Shown in pieces: positions 1-10,131 of a stretch of DNA of 64,000 nt. Both the position numbers and the translations under genes were made by a program. Source of the stretch: Candidatus Latescibacterota bacterium (lineage in GTDB: Bacteria; Latescibacterota; UBA2968; SICM01); the NCBI GenBank assembly GCA_965217865.1, contig CBDCJO010000002.1:2112001-2176000 (forward strand), read 5' to 3'. Position 1 is the stretch's first letter; each line of letters opens with the position of its first letter. The notes beneath the pieces are model-generated. The model saw only the letters and a program-made list of their open reading frames with translations. It was not told the origin of the DNA and did no database searches.

Positions 1-313
1 AATGATCGACGGGGATGAGGGTTGCCTCAGCTTTCAGGGCCTGACCGCCGAGGTAAAGCGGCCGACGAAAACCCGGGTTCGAGGATTCGACGCCGAGGGA
101 AGACCCATCGAATTGGAAGTGTCTGACATCAGCGCAAGGGTCGTTGTCCATGAGATCGAGCATCTCGACGGCATCCTCTTCATCGACCACGTCAACGCGC
201 TCAAACGACAGCTGATGCGAAGCCCCCTCCGGAAACTCCAAAAGGAGGGGCTGAAACAAACCATGGACAAGAAGATCGTAAAACCCCAGGCAACCAGCGA
301 TCTAAGGTCTTGA
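1..313 (+). CDS. def: Peptide deformylase (5'-truncated by window edge)
   Basis: EGCLS and HEIEHLDG (HExxH) metal-binding motifs. Confidence 0.95.
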   Translation, partial: MIDGDEGCLSFQGLTAEVKRPTKTRVRGFDAEGRPIELEVSDISARVVVHEIEHLDGILFIDHVNALKRQLMRSPLRKLQKEGLKQTMDKKIVKPQATSDLRS

Positions 314-332
314 GCGTCTCCCAGAAGGTTTA

Positions 333-1166
333 ATGGATAAGCGGATCGACCTCCACCTCCACTCCACCTGTTCCGACGGGACTGTTGGACCGGTAACTGT
401 TGTCGAGAAGGCCCACGAAGCAGGTTTGAAGGCCATAAGCCTGACGGACCACGACAACGTAGATGGTGTGGAAATCGCAATAACCGCCGGAGAGTCCGTG
501 GGTCTGGAGGTCATATCGGGGGTCGAGTTATCGGCCACGCTGGAAGGGATGGATATCCATATATTGGCCTACCTTGTCGACCCGAACCACCCGTCTCTGC
601 TCGATTATCTTCGTATCTTTCGGGATGAACGCATGAACCGGGCCGAGCGGATCGTGAAAAGACTCAACCAGCTCGGAATCGGTCTTACCATCCACGCCGT
701 CAAGGCCAAGGCCCAGGAGGGTGCTGTCGGGCGACCTCACATCGCCGATGCTATGGTTGAGGAGGGATATGTCTTTTCCATCCCCGAGGCCTTCCAGAAA
801 TACCTTGGCTACAACCGGCCGGCCTACGAGAGAAAATATGTGCTGTCTCCGGAGGAGGCCATCGGGTTGATTCACGAAGCCAGCGGCCTGGCATCCCTCG
901 CGCATCCCGGAATCTACAAACGGGACGACCTGCTGTCACACCTGGTCTCCTGTGGCCTTGACGGAATCGAGACCATACACGCCAAACATACCCCGGAACA
1001 GGTCAGACATTTCAGAGAATCTGCGAAACTACACGGTTTGCTCGAGACCGGGGGATCGGACTGCCACGGGGGGGGGCGTGTCCAGCCCACAATGGGAACC
1101 GTGGAAGTACCCTACAGCTTCCTGGAACGTCTTAGAGAAGCGTGGAGGAAGATGGTGGCAAGTTGA
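333..1166 (+). CDS. PHP-domain metal-dependent phosphoesterase (TrpH/YciV-like)
   Basis: DLHLHSTCSDG, LTDHD, GRPH, LAHP and GGSDCHG motifs. Confidence 0.92.
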   Translation: MDKRIDLHLHSTCSDGTVGPVTVVEKAHEAGLKAISLTDHDNVDGVEIAITAGESVGLEVISGVELSATLEGMDIHILAYLVDPNHPSLLDYLRIFRDERMNRAERIVKRLNQLGIGLTIHAVKAKAQEGAVGRPHIADAMVEEGYVFSIPEAFQKYLGYNRPAYERKYVLSPEEAIGLIHEASGLASLAHPGIYKRDDLLSHLVSCGLDGIETIHAKHTPEQVRHFRESAKLHGLLETGGSDCHGGGRVQPTMGTVEVPYSFLERLREAWRKMVAS

Positions 1167-1411
1167 AAGTCAAAGTTTCCTTGTTTGCCTCATGCCGTGA
1201 AGTCGTGGGGGAGAAAGAGGTCGACGTGGAGATACCCGATGGGTCCACTGCCGGGGAAGTCATGGATCGACTCTGTAAAACCTATCCCGGTCTGGAGGTC
1301 ATGCGGGGAAAAGTAGGCCTTGCGGTCAATGAGGAGTACATCCATTCAGGGACACCCCTCGGGCAGGGGGACACCCTGGCATTGATTCCGCCTGTGAGCG
1401 GTGGAAGTTGA
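1163..1411 (+). CDS. moaD: Molybdopterin converting factor small subunit (sulfur carrier)
   Basis: KVSLFA...AVNEEY...LIPPVSGG(S) ubiquitin-like signature. TTG start chosen because it overlaps the PHP stop (TTGA); the track ORF starts at 1142. Confidence 0.88.
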   Translation: MKVKVSLFASCREVVGEKEVDVEIPDGSTAGEVMDRLCKTYPGLEVMRGKVGLAVNEEYIHSGTPLGQGDTLALIPPVSGGS

Positions 1412-1467
1412 AGAATTGTCGTAGCTCACCCAGAACCCCACGATTGGATTCTATCCTGACCGAAACC

Positions 1468-1905
1468 ATGAAAGAGGACATTTTCCGAATAACCGAGGAA
1501 CCCATCCGGCCAGATGCCCTGTTCGACCTTGTCCGCTCGGATCAAGACGGCGCAGTCGTCACTTTTGCCGGGGTGGTCCGCGACAATTCGCTTGGTCATG
1601 AGACGCGACATATCGTCTATGATGCCTATCGAAAGATGGCTGAGAAAAAGCTCCGTGAAATCGGTTCCAGGATCAAGAAGAACTGGGGTCTGGAACACAT
1701 CGCCATTCTCCACCGGGTAGGCAGGCTGGAAATCGGTGAGATTAGTGTTCTCATCGCTGTGGGGTCTCCTCACAGGAAGGAGGCCTTCGAGGCCTGTCAC
1801 GACGCTATTGAACGCCTCAAACAGACCGTGCCGATCTGGAAAAAGGAGACATGGACGGACGGGGAAACCTGGATCGAGGGTGCGAGACCCGTCGATAACC
1901 CGTAA
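1468..1905 (+). CDS. moaE: Molybdopterin synthase large subunit
   Basis: GAVVTFAGVVR, HRVGRL, SPHRKEAF and PIWKKE motifs. Start is uncertain (1408 TTG or 1468 ATG). Confidence 0.92.
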   Translation: MKEDIFRITEEPIRPDALFDLVRSDQDGAVVTFAGVVRDNSLGHETRHIVYDAYRKMAEKKLREIGSRIKKNWGLEHIAILHRVGRLEIGEISVLIAVGSPHRKEAFEACHDAIERLKQTVPIWKKETWTDGETWIEGARPVDNP

Positions 1906-1980
1906 TTTGGTTTTGTTCGGGGATCGGTATCCAATTCTGGGGCGACGCACGCGTCGCCCTTACTTGTATCATAGGAGGAG

Positions 1981-2886
1981 ATGATGGGAAGAAAAATCGG
2001 CTTTGTCGGGCTTGGGATCATGGGAAAACCCATGGCCCAAAATCTCCTGAAAGCAGGTCACAGCCTGACTGTCCACAACCGAAGCAAGGCATCTGTCCGG
2101 GAGCTTGTTGCCGGAGGCGCAACGGATGGGAAGTCGCCAAGGGGCGTGGCAACGGCATCAGAGGTCATCGTCACGATGCTCCCCGACTCTCCGGACGTGG
2201 ACATGGTCACCCTGGGTCCTGAAGGCATCCTGGAAGGGGCCAAGCCCGGCACCGTCCTGATCGACATGAGCACCATCTCCCCCCAGGTCTCTCAGAGAAT
2301 CTCCGAAGAAGCCGAAAAAAGAGGGGTGGAGATGCTCGATGCCCCGGTAAGCGGTGGAGACGTGGGTGCCCGAGATGGAACGCTCTCGATTATGGTGGGA
2401 GGAAAAAAGGAGGTGTTCGACAAGAGTCTGGACATCCTTTCGGCCATGGGAAAGAACGTCGTCCACGTGGGAAACATCGGTGCGGGCGGGGCGGTGAAAC
2501 TCGCCAACCAGGTGATCGTGGCGGGGACCATTCAGGCGGTTGCCGAAGGTCTCGTCCTGGGAGCAAAAGCCGGGGTGGATCCGGAATTGATCGTCCAGGC
2601 CGTCGGAGGAGGGTTGGCCCGGTGCGGCATCCTTGAAGTTCGAGCGCCACGGATGCTCAGCGGCATCTTTGAACCTGGTTTTATGGTCAAACTCCACCTG
2701 AAGGATCTCGGTCTCGCCCTGAGCGCAGGTAAATCTCTCGATGTGCCCCTCCCCACGACAGCATATGTGAATGAAATGTTCAAGACGTTGGTTGCCCAGG
2801 GAAAGGGAGACCAAGATCACTCATCTCTGCTTCAGATTGTAGAGGGCATGGCGGGGATAGAGGTTCGGAAAAAGTCATCGAACTGA
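1981..2886 (+). CDS. garR: 2-hydroxy-3-oxopropionate (tartronate semialdehyde) reductase / beta-hydroxyacid dehydrogenase
   Basis: GFVGLGIMG Rossmann motif, DAPVSGG, KLANQ, KDL; AGGAG RBS. Confidence 0.85.
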   Translation: MMGRKIGFVGLGIMGKPMAQNLLKAGHSLTVHNRSKASVRELVAGGATDGKSPRGVATASEVIVTMLPDSPDVDMVTLGPEGILEGAKPGTVLIDMSTISPQVSQRISEEAEKRGVEMLDAPVSGGDVGARDGTLSIMVGGKKEVFDKSLDILSAMGKNVVHVGNIGAGGAVKLANQVIVAGTIQAVAEGLVLGAKAGVDPELIVQAVGGGLARCGILEVRAPRMLSGIFEPGFMVKLHLKDLGLALSAGKSLDVPLPTTAYVNEMFKTLVAQGKGDQDHSSLLQIVEGMAGIEVRKKSSN

Positions 2887-2893
2887 GGCCGCT

Positions 2894-3415
2894 TTGCAAA
2901 GTTTCAGCTGGTTGATACAGGATGTGATTGCCGCGTCCGGAGTTCCCGGGAGGCTGTTCATCCCCTCCCCCGAACACATCTCACATCCGATTGAGAAACT
3001 CGAAAACGATCTCCGTTTCCTTTGGGATCAGGGAATTAGGGCGATCCTGTCGCTTACGGAACAGCCGCTCGATCTGAAGACCGTGCAATATTTCAGTTTC
3101 GATTATCTCCATCTCCCGATACACGATATGACGGCTCCGGCCATCGACCAGGTCCTGCTGGCGATCGCCTTCATTGAGCGGTCCGTTGGGTTGGAAAAGC
3201 CTTTGCTCACTCACTGTCTCGTCGGACGCGGACGGACCGGGACGATCCTGGCCTGTTATATGGTCTGGAAAGGCCAGAACGCCCAACAGGCCATAACGGG
3301 GATTCGGGACATACGACCTGGATCAATCGAGACCATGGACCAGGAACGCACGGTGATGGATTATGAAGCGTTCCTCAAAGATGACGGTAAAAACAAAAAG
3401 AATCGGACCATCTGA
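2894..3415 (+). CDS. Dual-specificity protein phosphatase family protein
   Basis: HCLVGRGRTG (CX5R) P-loop, PIHDMTAP general-acid loop, RPGSIETxxQ. Confidence 0.9.
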   Translation: MQSFSWLIQDVIAASGVPGRLFIPSPEHISHPIEKLENDLRFLWDQGIRAILSLTEQPLDLKTVQYFSFDYLHLPIHDMTAPAIDQVLLAIAFIERSVGLEKPLLTHCLVGRGRTGTILACYMVWKGQNAQQAITGIRDIRPGSIETMDQERTVMDYEAFLKDDGKNKKNRTI

Positions 3416-3445
3416 GGATTGATTGACCCAACCGCCTAGATCCGA

Positions 3446-4372
3446 ATGGATGAGATATTCAATACGGCCATTCTTCACATAGCCTTGGCCAAGTCCACAC
3501 CCCTGACATTCGCTGCGATCGGCGGCCTGTTGTCCGAACGCGTGGGTATCATCAATGTGGGTCTGGAGGGGATGATGCTCGTCGGGGCCTACGCCGCAGC
3601 GATAGGTTCTTTGACGTCGGGAAACCCTTGGATGGGGCTGATGGCGGGGGGAACGGCAGGTGGAATCCTTGGTCTTCTTCACGCGGTTGCGTGCATCCGG
3701 CTGAGGTCGGATCATATTGTGAGCGGAACTGCTGTTAATCTTTTGGCCCTCGGGGGGACAGGATTCCTCCTGTTTCAAACCTTCGGATTTCACGGGAACA
3801 CACCCACCGTTCCCAAATTTTCCATATGGGCGTCAACCTATCTGGACGACGTCCCCCTCCTGGGTCCTGCTTTCAATTCCCATGTCCCGACGATCCACCT
3901 CTCCTTCGTGGCCGTCGCGGGGGTCTACCTCCTAATCTACCGTACGATCTGGGGTTTGCGACTGAGGGCCGTTGGGGAACAGCCCCGGGCCGCGTTGTCC
4001 GCCGGAGTTCGCGTGAAACGCATTCAGATGTCAGGTGTCGTACTGGGGGGGGTCTTGGCCGGTTGGGGCGGCGCGCATCTTTCGATCGGAGACCTGAGCC
4101 AGTTTGTGGAGCGGATGACCTCCGGTCGGGGGTTTGTTGCCCTTGCTGCGCTTATCTGCGGCCGGTGGCATCCCGTCGGCGCCCTCGCTGCATGCCTGTT
4201 CTTCGGACTCGCCGAGGCATTCGCCGAAGGCCTCCAGGGGGCTACCCCTCTCCCATCCCAATTCTTTCTCGCCTTGCCTTTCCTGCTCTCCATGGCTGTA
4301 TTGGCGGGGTTTGCCGGGCGATCGAGGCCCCCCCGGGCATTGGGACAAAGGATCGGAGAGGAGGATGGGTAA
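3446..4372 (+). CDS. ABC transporter permease (nucleoside/sugar, BMP-associated type)
   Basis: SERVGIINVGLEGMML, GLRLRAVGEQP, GRGFVALAA; multiple TM segments. Confidence 0.9.
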   Translation: MDEIFNTAILHIALAKSTPLTFAAIGGLLSERVGIINVGLEGMMLVGAYAAAIGSLTSGNPWMGLMAGGTAGGILGLLHAVACIRLRSDHIVSGTAVNLLALGGTGFLLFQTFGFHGNTPTVPKFSIWASTYLDDVPLLGPAFNSHVPTIHLSFVAVAGVYLLIYRTIWGLRLRAVGEQPRAALSAGVRVKRIQMSGVVLGGVLAGWGGAHLSIGDLSQFVERMTSGRGFVALAALICGRWHPVGALAACLFFGLAEAFAEGLQGATPLPSQFFLALPFLLSMAVLAGFAGRSRPPRALGQRIGEEDG

Positions 4373-4374
4373 CA

Positions 4375-5703
4375 GTGGTCGATTGCGGTGAACTCACTGC
4401 GCGTCTCGAAGCCCTTTCCGGTGGTGAATCCCTGAAACCGAAGGAGTTATTCGCCGTGGACGGGTTTGTCCCCCGGGTGGTGGCTGCCCCGGAAGTCACG
4501 GATCAAGTCTGTGCCCTCCTGAAGGCAGCGGACGAATCAGGGGCGGCTGTTGTACCGTGGGGTGGGGGAACGAATCAAAATCTTGGCAACGTTCCTGATC
4601 GCGTTGATACGGTTCTGTGCACAGCCCGACTGAACAGGATGGTAGCACACGAGCCCGCGGACATGACCTGTGTCGCGGAGGCGGGGATTCGCCTTTCCGA
4701 TCTCCAGGAGGAGTTGGCAAAGGAGGGGCAGTTTCTGCCCATTGACCCCCCCGATCTCGGATCGACGGTTGGAGGCATCCTTTCCGCAAATGTTTCGGGC
4801 CCTATGAGGCTGGCCTACGGTTCCCCCAGGGACGTGGTGATCGGGACAAAGGTGGCCCTCGTATCCGGAGACCTGGTCAAGGCCGGGGGACGGGTCGTAA
4901 AAAACGTCTCTGGGTTCGACCTTAACAAGCTCTATGTCGGAGCCCTCGGAACACTGGGCATCATCGTGGAGGTCGCCTTCAAGGTGTTGCCCTCTCCCGA
5001 ACGGCGCGCATCCGTGGCCGCCGTCTACGATCGGCTTGAGGAAGCCTCCGAGGGGATCAGGACCATCCTGAGGGGGGACATGACCCCCTGTGCCATAAAC
5101 CTGATTTCCCCGAGGGCAACAACCCGAATCGGCCGGGGGGCGCCCCTTCCGGGTGATGGATTTGTCGTCTTGGTCAGGGTGGAAGGGGTCGACGAGTCCG
5201 TACGGGATCAGGTGGAAAGCCTGGAAACCCTTTTCTTTCAGTCGGGTTCAGAAAAAATTGAACGCCTCGAGAGGAACGAAGACTACGCAGTCTGGGACGC
5301 TGTTCGGGGTTATCGACGAGACGGTAAAGGAACCATCCGTTCCAAGGCCAGCCTTCCATTGAAGTGCGTCCGAAACTTCATCCATCAGGCGGAAGCACTT
5401 CGCACACGCCACGAAATCTCCTTTGACCTGATATCCCACGCGGCGAGTGGAATTGTCCTCTGTTACTTCGACCTGGAATCACCAGAGGGGGTGGATAAGG
5501 CGGTTGCTGCGGCCGGGGACCTGCGTGCGATATCCTCCGAACTGGGTGGGAATCTGGTGGTTGAGTCCGCTCCCCCCGCATTCAAAAAAAGGCTTGATGT
5601 ATGGGGAAAGTGGGGGCCTGAACTTGCCATTATGAGAAGTCTCAAGTCGAAATACGATCCGAAGCGAACCCTGAATCCCGGCCGATTCGTAGGTGGGATC
5701 TAA
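4375..5703 (+). CDS. FAD-binding oxidoreductase, GlcE-like
   Basis: PWGGGT, STVGG, GGRVVKNVSGFDL, GALGTLG and DPxxxLNPGRF motifs. GTG start just after the permease stop; the 3826 start overlaps the permease. Confidence 0.85.
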   Translation: MVDCGELTARLEALSGGESLKPKELFAVDGFVPRVVAAPEVTDQVCALLKAADESGAAVVPWGGGTNQNLGNVPDRVDTVLCTARLNRMVAHEPADMTCVAEAGIRLSDLQEELAKEGQFLPIDPPDLGSTVGGILSANVSGPMRLAYGSPRDVVIGTKVALVSGDLVKAGGRVVKNVSGFDLNKLYVGALGTLGIIVEVAFKVLPSPERRASVAAVYDRLEEASEGIRTILRGDMTPCAINLISPRATTRIGRGAPLPGDGFVVLVRVEGVDESVRDQVESLETLFFQSGSEKIERLERNEDYAVWDAVRGYRRDGKGTIRSKASLPLKCVRNFIHQAEALRTRHEISFDLISHAASGIVLCYFDLESPEGVDKAVAAAGDLRAISSELGGNLVVESAPPAFKKRLDVWGKWGPELAIMRSLKSKYDPKRTLNPGRFVGGI

Positions 5704-5768
5704 AATCCGATCCCCGATCCTCCTGAACGCATCAGGGATGTGAAAAAGGAAAAGCAGAAAGGGGAAAC

Positions 5769-6785
5769 GTGAAATATTTCGTATATCTATCGATCGCAGG
5801 TGAAGACAAGGTTTCGATCTTTACGATGGATTCGGAACACGGGAATCTCACGTTCCGGGAGGACGTGACAACGGCCGGGGGCCCAGGCCCACTGGCGGCC
5901 GATCCCAGGTTTGAATATCTCTACGTCGGGATTCGATCGACCCGGAAATTATCGACCTTCCGTATAGATCATGCCTCAGGTGGCCTGTCCCCCATAGGCA
6001 CCGTGTCCCTTCCGTCGGATCCTTGCTTTTTGACCACGGACAGGACAGGCCGTTTTCTCCTCTCTTCCTATTATAAAGCCGGGAGGGCGGCCGTCCATCC
6101 CATCGGCGGGGACGGGGTGGCGGGGGAGCCGTCCATCGAATGGATCCCAACCGCGGAGAAGGCACATTCCATCCAGACGGACCCTTCCAACAGGTTCGCT
6201 TTCGTTCCGCACACAGCCGGCCCCAACCTCATTTTTCAATTCGAATTCGACCAGAACACAGGGGCCCTCAAACCCAACGCGGTACCCCGAGTGGTCCCGG
6301 AGGATGGATCGGGCCCCCGTCACTTCTGCTTTCATCCGGAGAAGGACATCCTCTATTTTTCTAACGAACAGGGCTGTAGCGTAACCGCCTATCATTTCGA
6401 TCCCGATGCCGGGGTCCTGTCTCCTTTCCAGACCATCCCCACTCTCCCGAAGGATTTTGATGGCGATAACGTGTGTGCCCAGATCAGGATCACGCCGTCC
6501 GGAAGCTTCCTGTATGTCTCAAACCGCGGCCACGGCAGCATCGCATGTTTCTCGATCGATTCGGCTACAGGCGGGTTGACCTCAATCGGACAGCAGCCCA
6601 CCGAAAAGGTGCCCAGGGCCTTCAATCTGGATCCTGAGGGGAATTTCCTCTTTGCGGCCGGTCTGGGCTCAGGTAATCTTGCCTCTTACCGGATCGATCC
6701 CGTAACAGGCATCCTCACGCCCCTGGAGATCTATACCATCGGTGAACAGCCTATGTGGGTGCTTGTCCTGAAGCTTAGGGGTTGA
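5769..6785 (+). CDS. pgl: Lactonase family beta-propeller (6-phosphogluconolactonase-like)
   Basis: GSGPRHF, YVSNRGH and PRAFNLD propeller motifs. Confidence 0.85.
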   Translation: MKYFVYLSIAGEDKVSIFTMDSEHGNLTFREDVTTAGGPGPLAADPRFEYLYVGIRSTRKLSTFRIDHASGGLSPIGTVSLPSDPCFLTTDRTGRFLLSSYYKAGRAAVHPIGGDGVAGEPSIEWIPTAEKAHSIQTDPSNRFAFVPHTAGPNLIFQFEFDQNTGALKPNAVPRVVPEDGSGPRHFCFHPEKDILYFSNEQGCSVTAYHFDPDAGVLSPFQTIPTLPKDFDGDNVCAQIRITPSGSFLYVSNRGHGSIACFSIDSATGGLTSIGQQPTEKVPRAFNLDPEGNFLFAAGLGSGNLASYRIDPVTGILTPLEIYTIGEQPMWVLVLKLRG

Positions 6786-6854
6786 CAACAGTGTGCAATT
6801 TGCATTTTGCTTTTTGCTTTTACATACCCCCGCATTTCCTAAGGAGTTGCACGG

Positions 6855-8546
6855 ATGTCCACACCCTCCCCATCTGATTTTATCCGTGACATCATCAGAG
6901 AAGACGTAAAAAACAAAAAACACGACGGCCGCGTAACGACCCGATTCCCACCTGAGCCGAACGGATATCTGCACATCGGACACGCCAAGTCCATCTGCCT
7001 TAACTTCGGGGTATCCGAAGAGTTCGGTGGGGTGTGCAACCTGCGCTTCGAGGACACCAACCCGGAAAAGGAAAGCATGGAGTACGTCGAATCGATCAAA
7101 GCGGATGTACGCTGGCTCGGTTTCGACTGGGACGACCGGATCTACTTCGCATCCGATTACTATGGGAAACTCTATGAATTTGCCGTAAAGCTCATAGAGA
7201 AGGGGGTAGCCTATGTCGACAGTCTGAGCGGCGATCAGATCAGGGAACACCGGGGCACGCTGACTGAGCCAGGTGCGGAAAGTCCGTACCGAAACCGATC
7301 CGTCGAGGAGAACGTAAATCTGTTTCGACGCATGCGGGCCGGGGAGTTCGAGGACGGGGCGCACGTGTTGCGGGCTAAGATCGACATGGCATCTCCAAAC
7401 ATGAACTTGAGGGACCCGGTCCTTTACCGCATCCGCCACCATACGCATTACAGAACGGAGGACGAGTGGTGCATCTATCCGATGTACGATTTCACTGAGT
7501 GCCTCTCGGATGCCATCGAAAGGGTTACGCATTCGCTGTGCACAACGGAATTCGAGATCAATCGTCCGATCTACGATTGGGTGCTGCGCGAAGTGGAGGT
7601 CGAAGATCCGCCGCATCAGTACGAGTTCGCCCGTCTCAATCTCTCCTACACGGCGGTCTTGAGCAAACGCTATCTGTTGCTCCTCGTCGAGGAAGGCCAC
7701 GTCAGCGGTTGGGACGATCCCCGGATGCCCACAGTTTCGGGCATGCGAAGACGCGGTTACACCCCTGAGTCTATCCGCAACTTCTGCAAGAAGGTTGGGA
7801 TTGCAAAACGAGAAAATCAAATTGAGGTGGCTTTGCTTGAGCACAGCATCCGCGAGGACCTGAATCGCCGTGCGCCCAGGGTGATGGGGGTGCTTCGTCC
7901 TTTGAAAGTCGTCATCGATAACTATCCCGAAGGCAGGGTGGAAGAGTTGGATGCCGTCAACAATCCCGAGGATCCTGGCATGGGCTCACGAAAAGTCCCG
8001 TTTTCGCGTGAGTTATATATCGAGCGGGCCGATTTTCGAGAGGACCCCCCCAAGAAATTTTTCCGCCTGGCCCCGGGTCGGGAAGTCCGGCTGAGATACG
8101 GTTATTATATCACTTGTGAAAGAGTGGTGAAGGACGAAAATACGGGTGAGGTGATCGAGTTGCACTGCACATATGATCCTGAGACACGCAGCGGATCTTC
8201 TCCTGATGGCCGCAAGGTCAAGGGAACGATCCACTGGGTATCCGCCGCCCACGCCATTCAAGCAGAAGTGCGCCTCTACGATCGTCTTTTCTCGAAACCG
8301 GATCCAGGGGGTGACGGTTCCGATTTTAAGAGCCAGCTGAATCCGAACTCCTTGGAGAGATTGACATCCTGCCGGGTCGAACCCAGCCTCGAAAATGCCG
8401 CCTTGGGAAGCCGGTACCAGTTCGAGAGGCTTGGCTACTTCTGCGTCGATTCGGTTGACTCCGCTCAGGGAGACCTCGTGTTCAACCGGACCGTACCGTT
8501 GCGGGATACGTGGGCGAAGATCGAGGAGGCATACGGTCGGGCTTAA
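6855..8546 (+). CDS. glnS: Glutamine--tRNA ligase
   Basis: [31 protein letters not shown]-like YQFERLGYF; AAGGAG RBS. Confidence 0.97.
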   Translation: MSTPSPSDFIRDIIREDVKNKKHDGRVTTRFPPEPNGYLHIGHAKSICLNFGVSEEFGGVCNLRFEDTNPEKESMEYVESIKADVRWLGFDWDDRIYFASDYYGKLYEFAVKLIEKGVAYVDSLSGDQIREHRGTLTEPGAESPYRNRSVEENVNLFRRMRAGEFEDGAHVLRAKIDMASPNMNLRDPVLYRIRHHTHYRTEDEWCIYPMYDFTECLSDAIERVTHSLCTTEFEINRPIYDWVLREVEVEDPPHQYEFARLNLSYTAVLSKRYLLLLVEEGHVSGWDDPRMPTVSGMRRRGYTPESIRNFCKKVGIAKRENQIEVALLEHSIREDLNRRAPRVMGVLRPLKVVIDNYPEGRVEELDAVNNPEDPGMGSRKVPFSRELYIERADFREDPPKKFFRLAPGREVRLRYGYYITCERVVKDENTGEVIELHCTYDPETRSGSSPDGRKVKGTIHWVSAAHAIQAEVRLYDRLFSKPDPGGDGSDFKSQLNPNSLERLTSCRVEPSLENAALGSRYQFERLGYFCVDSVDSAQGDLVFNRTVPLRDTWAKIEEAYGRA

Positions 8547-8641
8547 TCCTCGGGTTACCTTCGATGAAACATGGGTCTTCGCGATCGATTCGGTTTTGGG
8601 GGTATGAAATTATCGAAAGATTTGAATTCATTGGATAAGGG

Positions 8642-9802
8642 GTGAAGATGATCGCCGGCGTGCCAATCGAATCCAATCCGGGAGAAAGACGAGTTGCGCT
8701 CGTGCCGGCATTCGTGCCTGGCCTTATTCAGGCAGGGATAGAAGTCCGAGTCGAAAGCGGGGCGGGTGAAAAAGCCGGGCTCACAGACGCCGCATATAAA
8801 GAACGCGGAGCCCTCATCTCATTGGACCGCGCGGATCTCTTCTCCTCGGCGGATCTGATCCTAAAAGTGAACGGTCTGGGGGCAAACCCGGACGGCGGTT
8901 ACTCGGATCTGGAATTGACCCGCTCGGGCCAGATTCTGATTGGATTTTTAAACCCCCTTGGAGCCCCTAACGAAGTGAAAAAGCTGGCTGAAAAGGGGGT
9001 CACCGCATTCGCCCTGGAGCTCCTCCCCCGGATCGGCCGGGCCCAACAGATGGACGCCTTGAGTTCCATGGCCACCATTGCCGGCTATAAGGCCGTCCTT
9101 CTTGGGGCCGCAGCCCTCAGAAAAATGGTTCCGATGATGATTACCGCTGCCGGAACCATCACCCCCGCCCGGGCTTTTGTGGTGGGTGCCGGAGTCGCGG
9201 GGCTTCAGGCCATCGCAACGGCACGCAGGCTCGGTGCGATCGTACAGTCTTATGACGTCCGGCCCGCCGTGAAGGAACAGGTTGAAAGCCTGGGAGCCAA
9301 GTTCCTGGATCTTACGCTGGAACCGGTCGATGCAGAAACCTCCGGTGGATATGCGAAGGCCTTGGGCGATGCCTTCTATCTTCGCCAGCGGGAGATGATG
9401 AAGGCCGTTGTTGCCCAAAGCGATTTGGTCATCACCACCGCTGCGATTCCTGGAAAAAAAGCTCCAATCCTGATCACAGAAGAAATGGTTCGGGGGATGC
9501 AGCCGGGATCCGTGATTGTCGACCTGGCCGCCGAGGGAGGTGGTAACTGCGAGCTGACCCGGGCTGGGGAAACGATCGAGGCCGACGGCGTATCCATCCT
9601 TGGGCCGATCAACCTCCCCGCCACCGTCCCGTTCCACGCCAGTCAGATGTATTCAAAAAACGTCACAACCTTCGTCCAGAACCTGATGAGGAACGGCGGT
9701 GGCCGAATCGACACGGAAGACCAGATCATCCGTGACACCCTGCTGACTCACGAAGGAAAGGTGGTGAACCCCAGGGTTCGGGAACTGCTGGATAATCCTT
9801 AG
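8642..9802 (+). CDS. pntAa: NAD(P) transhydrogenase alpha subunit part 1 (dI)
   Basis: GERRVAL, MDALSSM, GAGVAGLQA, DLAAEGGGNC. Confidence 0.95.
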   Translation: MKMIAGVPIESNPGERRVALVPAFVPGLIQAGIEVRVESGAGEKAGLTDAAYKERGALISLDRADLFSSADLILKVNGLGANPDGGYSDLELTRSGQILIGFLNPLGAPNEVKKLAEKGVTAFALELLPRIGRAQQMDALSSMATIAGYKAVLLGAAALRKMVPMMITAAGTITPARAFVVGAGVAGLQAIATARRLGAIVQSYDVRPAVKEQVESLGAKFLDLTLEPVDAETSGGYAKALGDAFYLRQREMMKAVVAQSDLVITTAAIPGKKAPILITEEMVRGMQPGSVIVDLAAEGGGNCELTRAGETIEADGVSILGPINLPATVPFHASQMYSKNVTTFVQNLMRNGGGRIDTEDQIIRDTLLTHEGKVVNPRVRELLDNP

Positions 9803-9837
9803 CAACCGATTCCCACTTTTGAAGAAGGAGAACCTTT

Positions 9838-10131
9838 ATGGAAACCTTCGTCGCATCCCTGGCCATCTTCGTATTGGCACTCTTCGTGGGTTTCGAGGTG
9901 ATCACTAAAGTCCCTCCCCTATTGCACACGCCTCTGATGTCTGGTGCGAACGCGATATCTGGGATCACGCTCGTAGGTACCCTGGTGACATCCGGGGTAA
10001 AGTTGACCCCTTTCACGACGATCCTGGGGTTTGTTGCGGTGGCTATGGCAACGGCCAACGTCGTAGGAGGGTTCATGATCACACACCGGATGCTCGGCAT
10101 GTTCCGTCGAAAGGAACACGATGCCCGATGA
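9838..10131 (+). CDS. pntAb: NAD(P) transhydrogenase alpha subunit part 2 (membrane)
   Basis: LHTPLMSGANAISG and NVVGGFMITHRMLGMF. Confidence 0.95.
   Translation: METFVASLAIFVLALFVGFEVITKVPPLLHTPLMSGANAISGITLVGTLVTSGVKLTPFTTILGFVAVAMATANVVGGFMITHRMLGMFRRKEHDAR

Noticed and set aside
1409-1411. moaD TGA as selenocysteine/readthrough
   Set aside because: Not at a Cys-equivalent position, not in frame with moaE, and followed shortly by an in-frame TAG.
3826-4374. N-terminal extension of the GlcE-like ORF
   Set aside because: Overlaps the ABC permease in another frame and is Arg/Pro/Gly-rich non-protein-like sequence.
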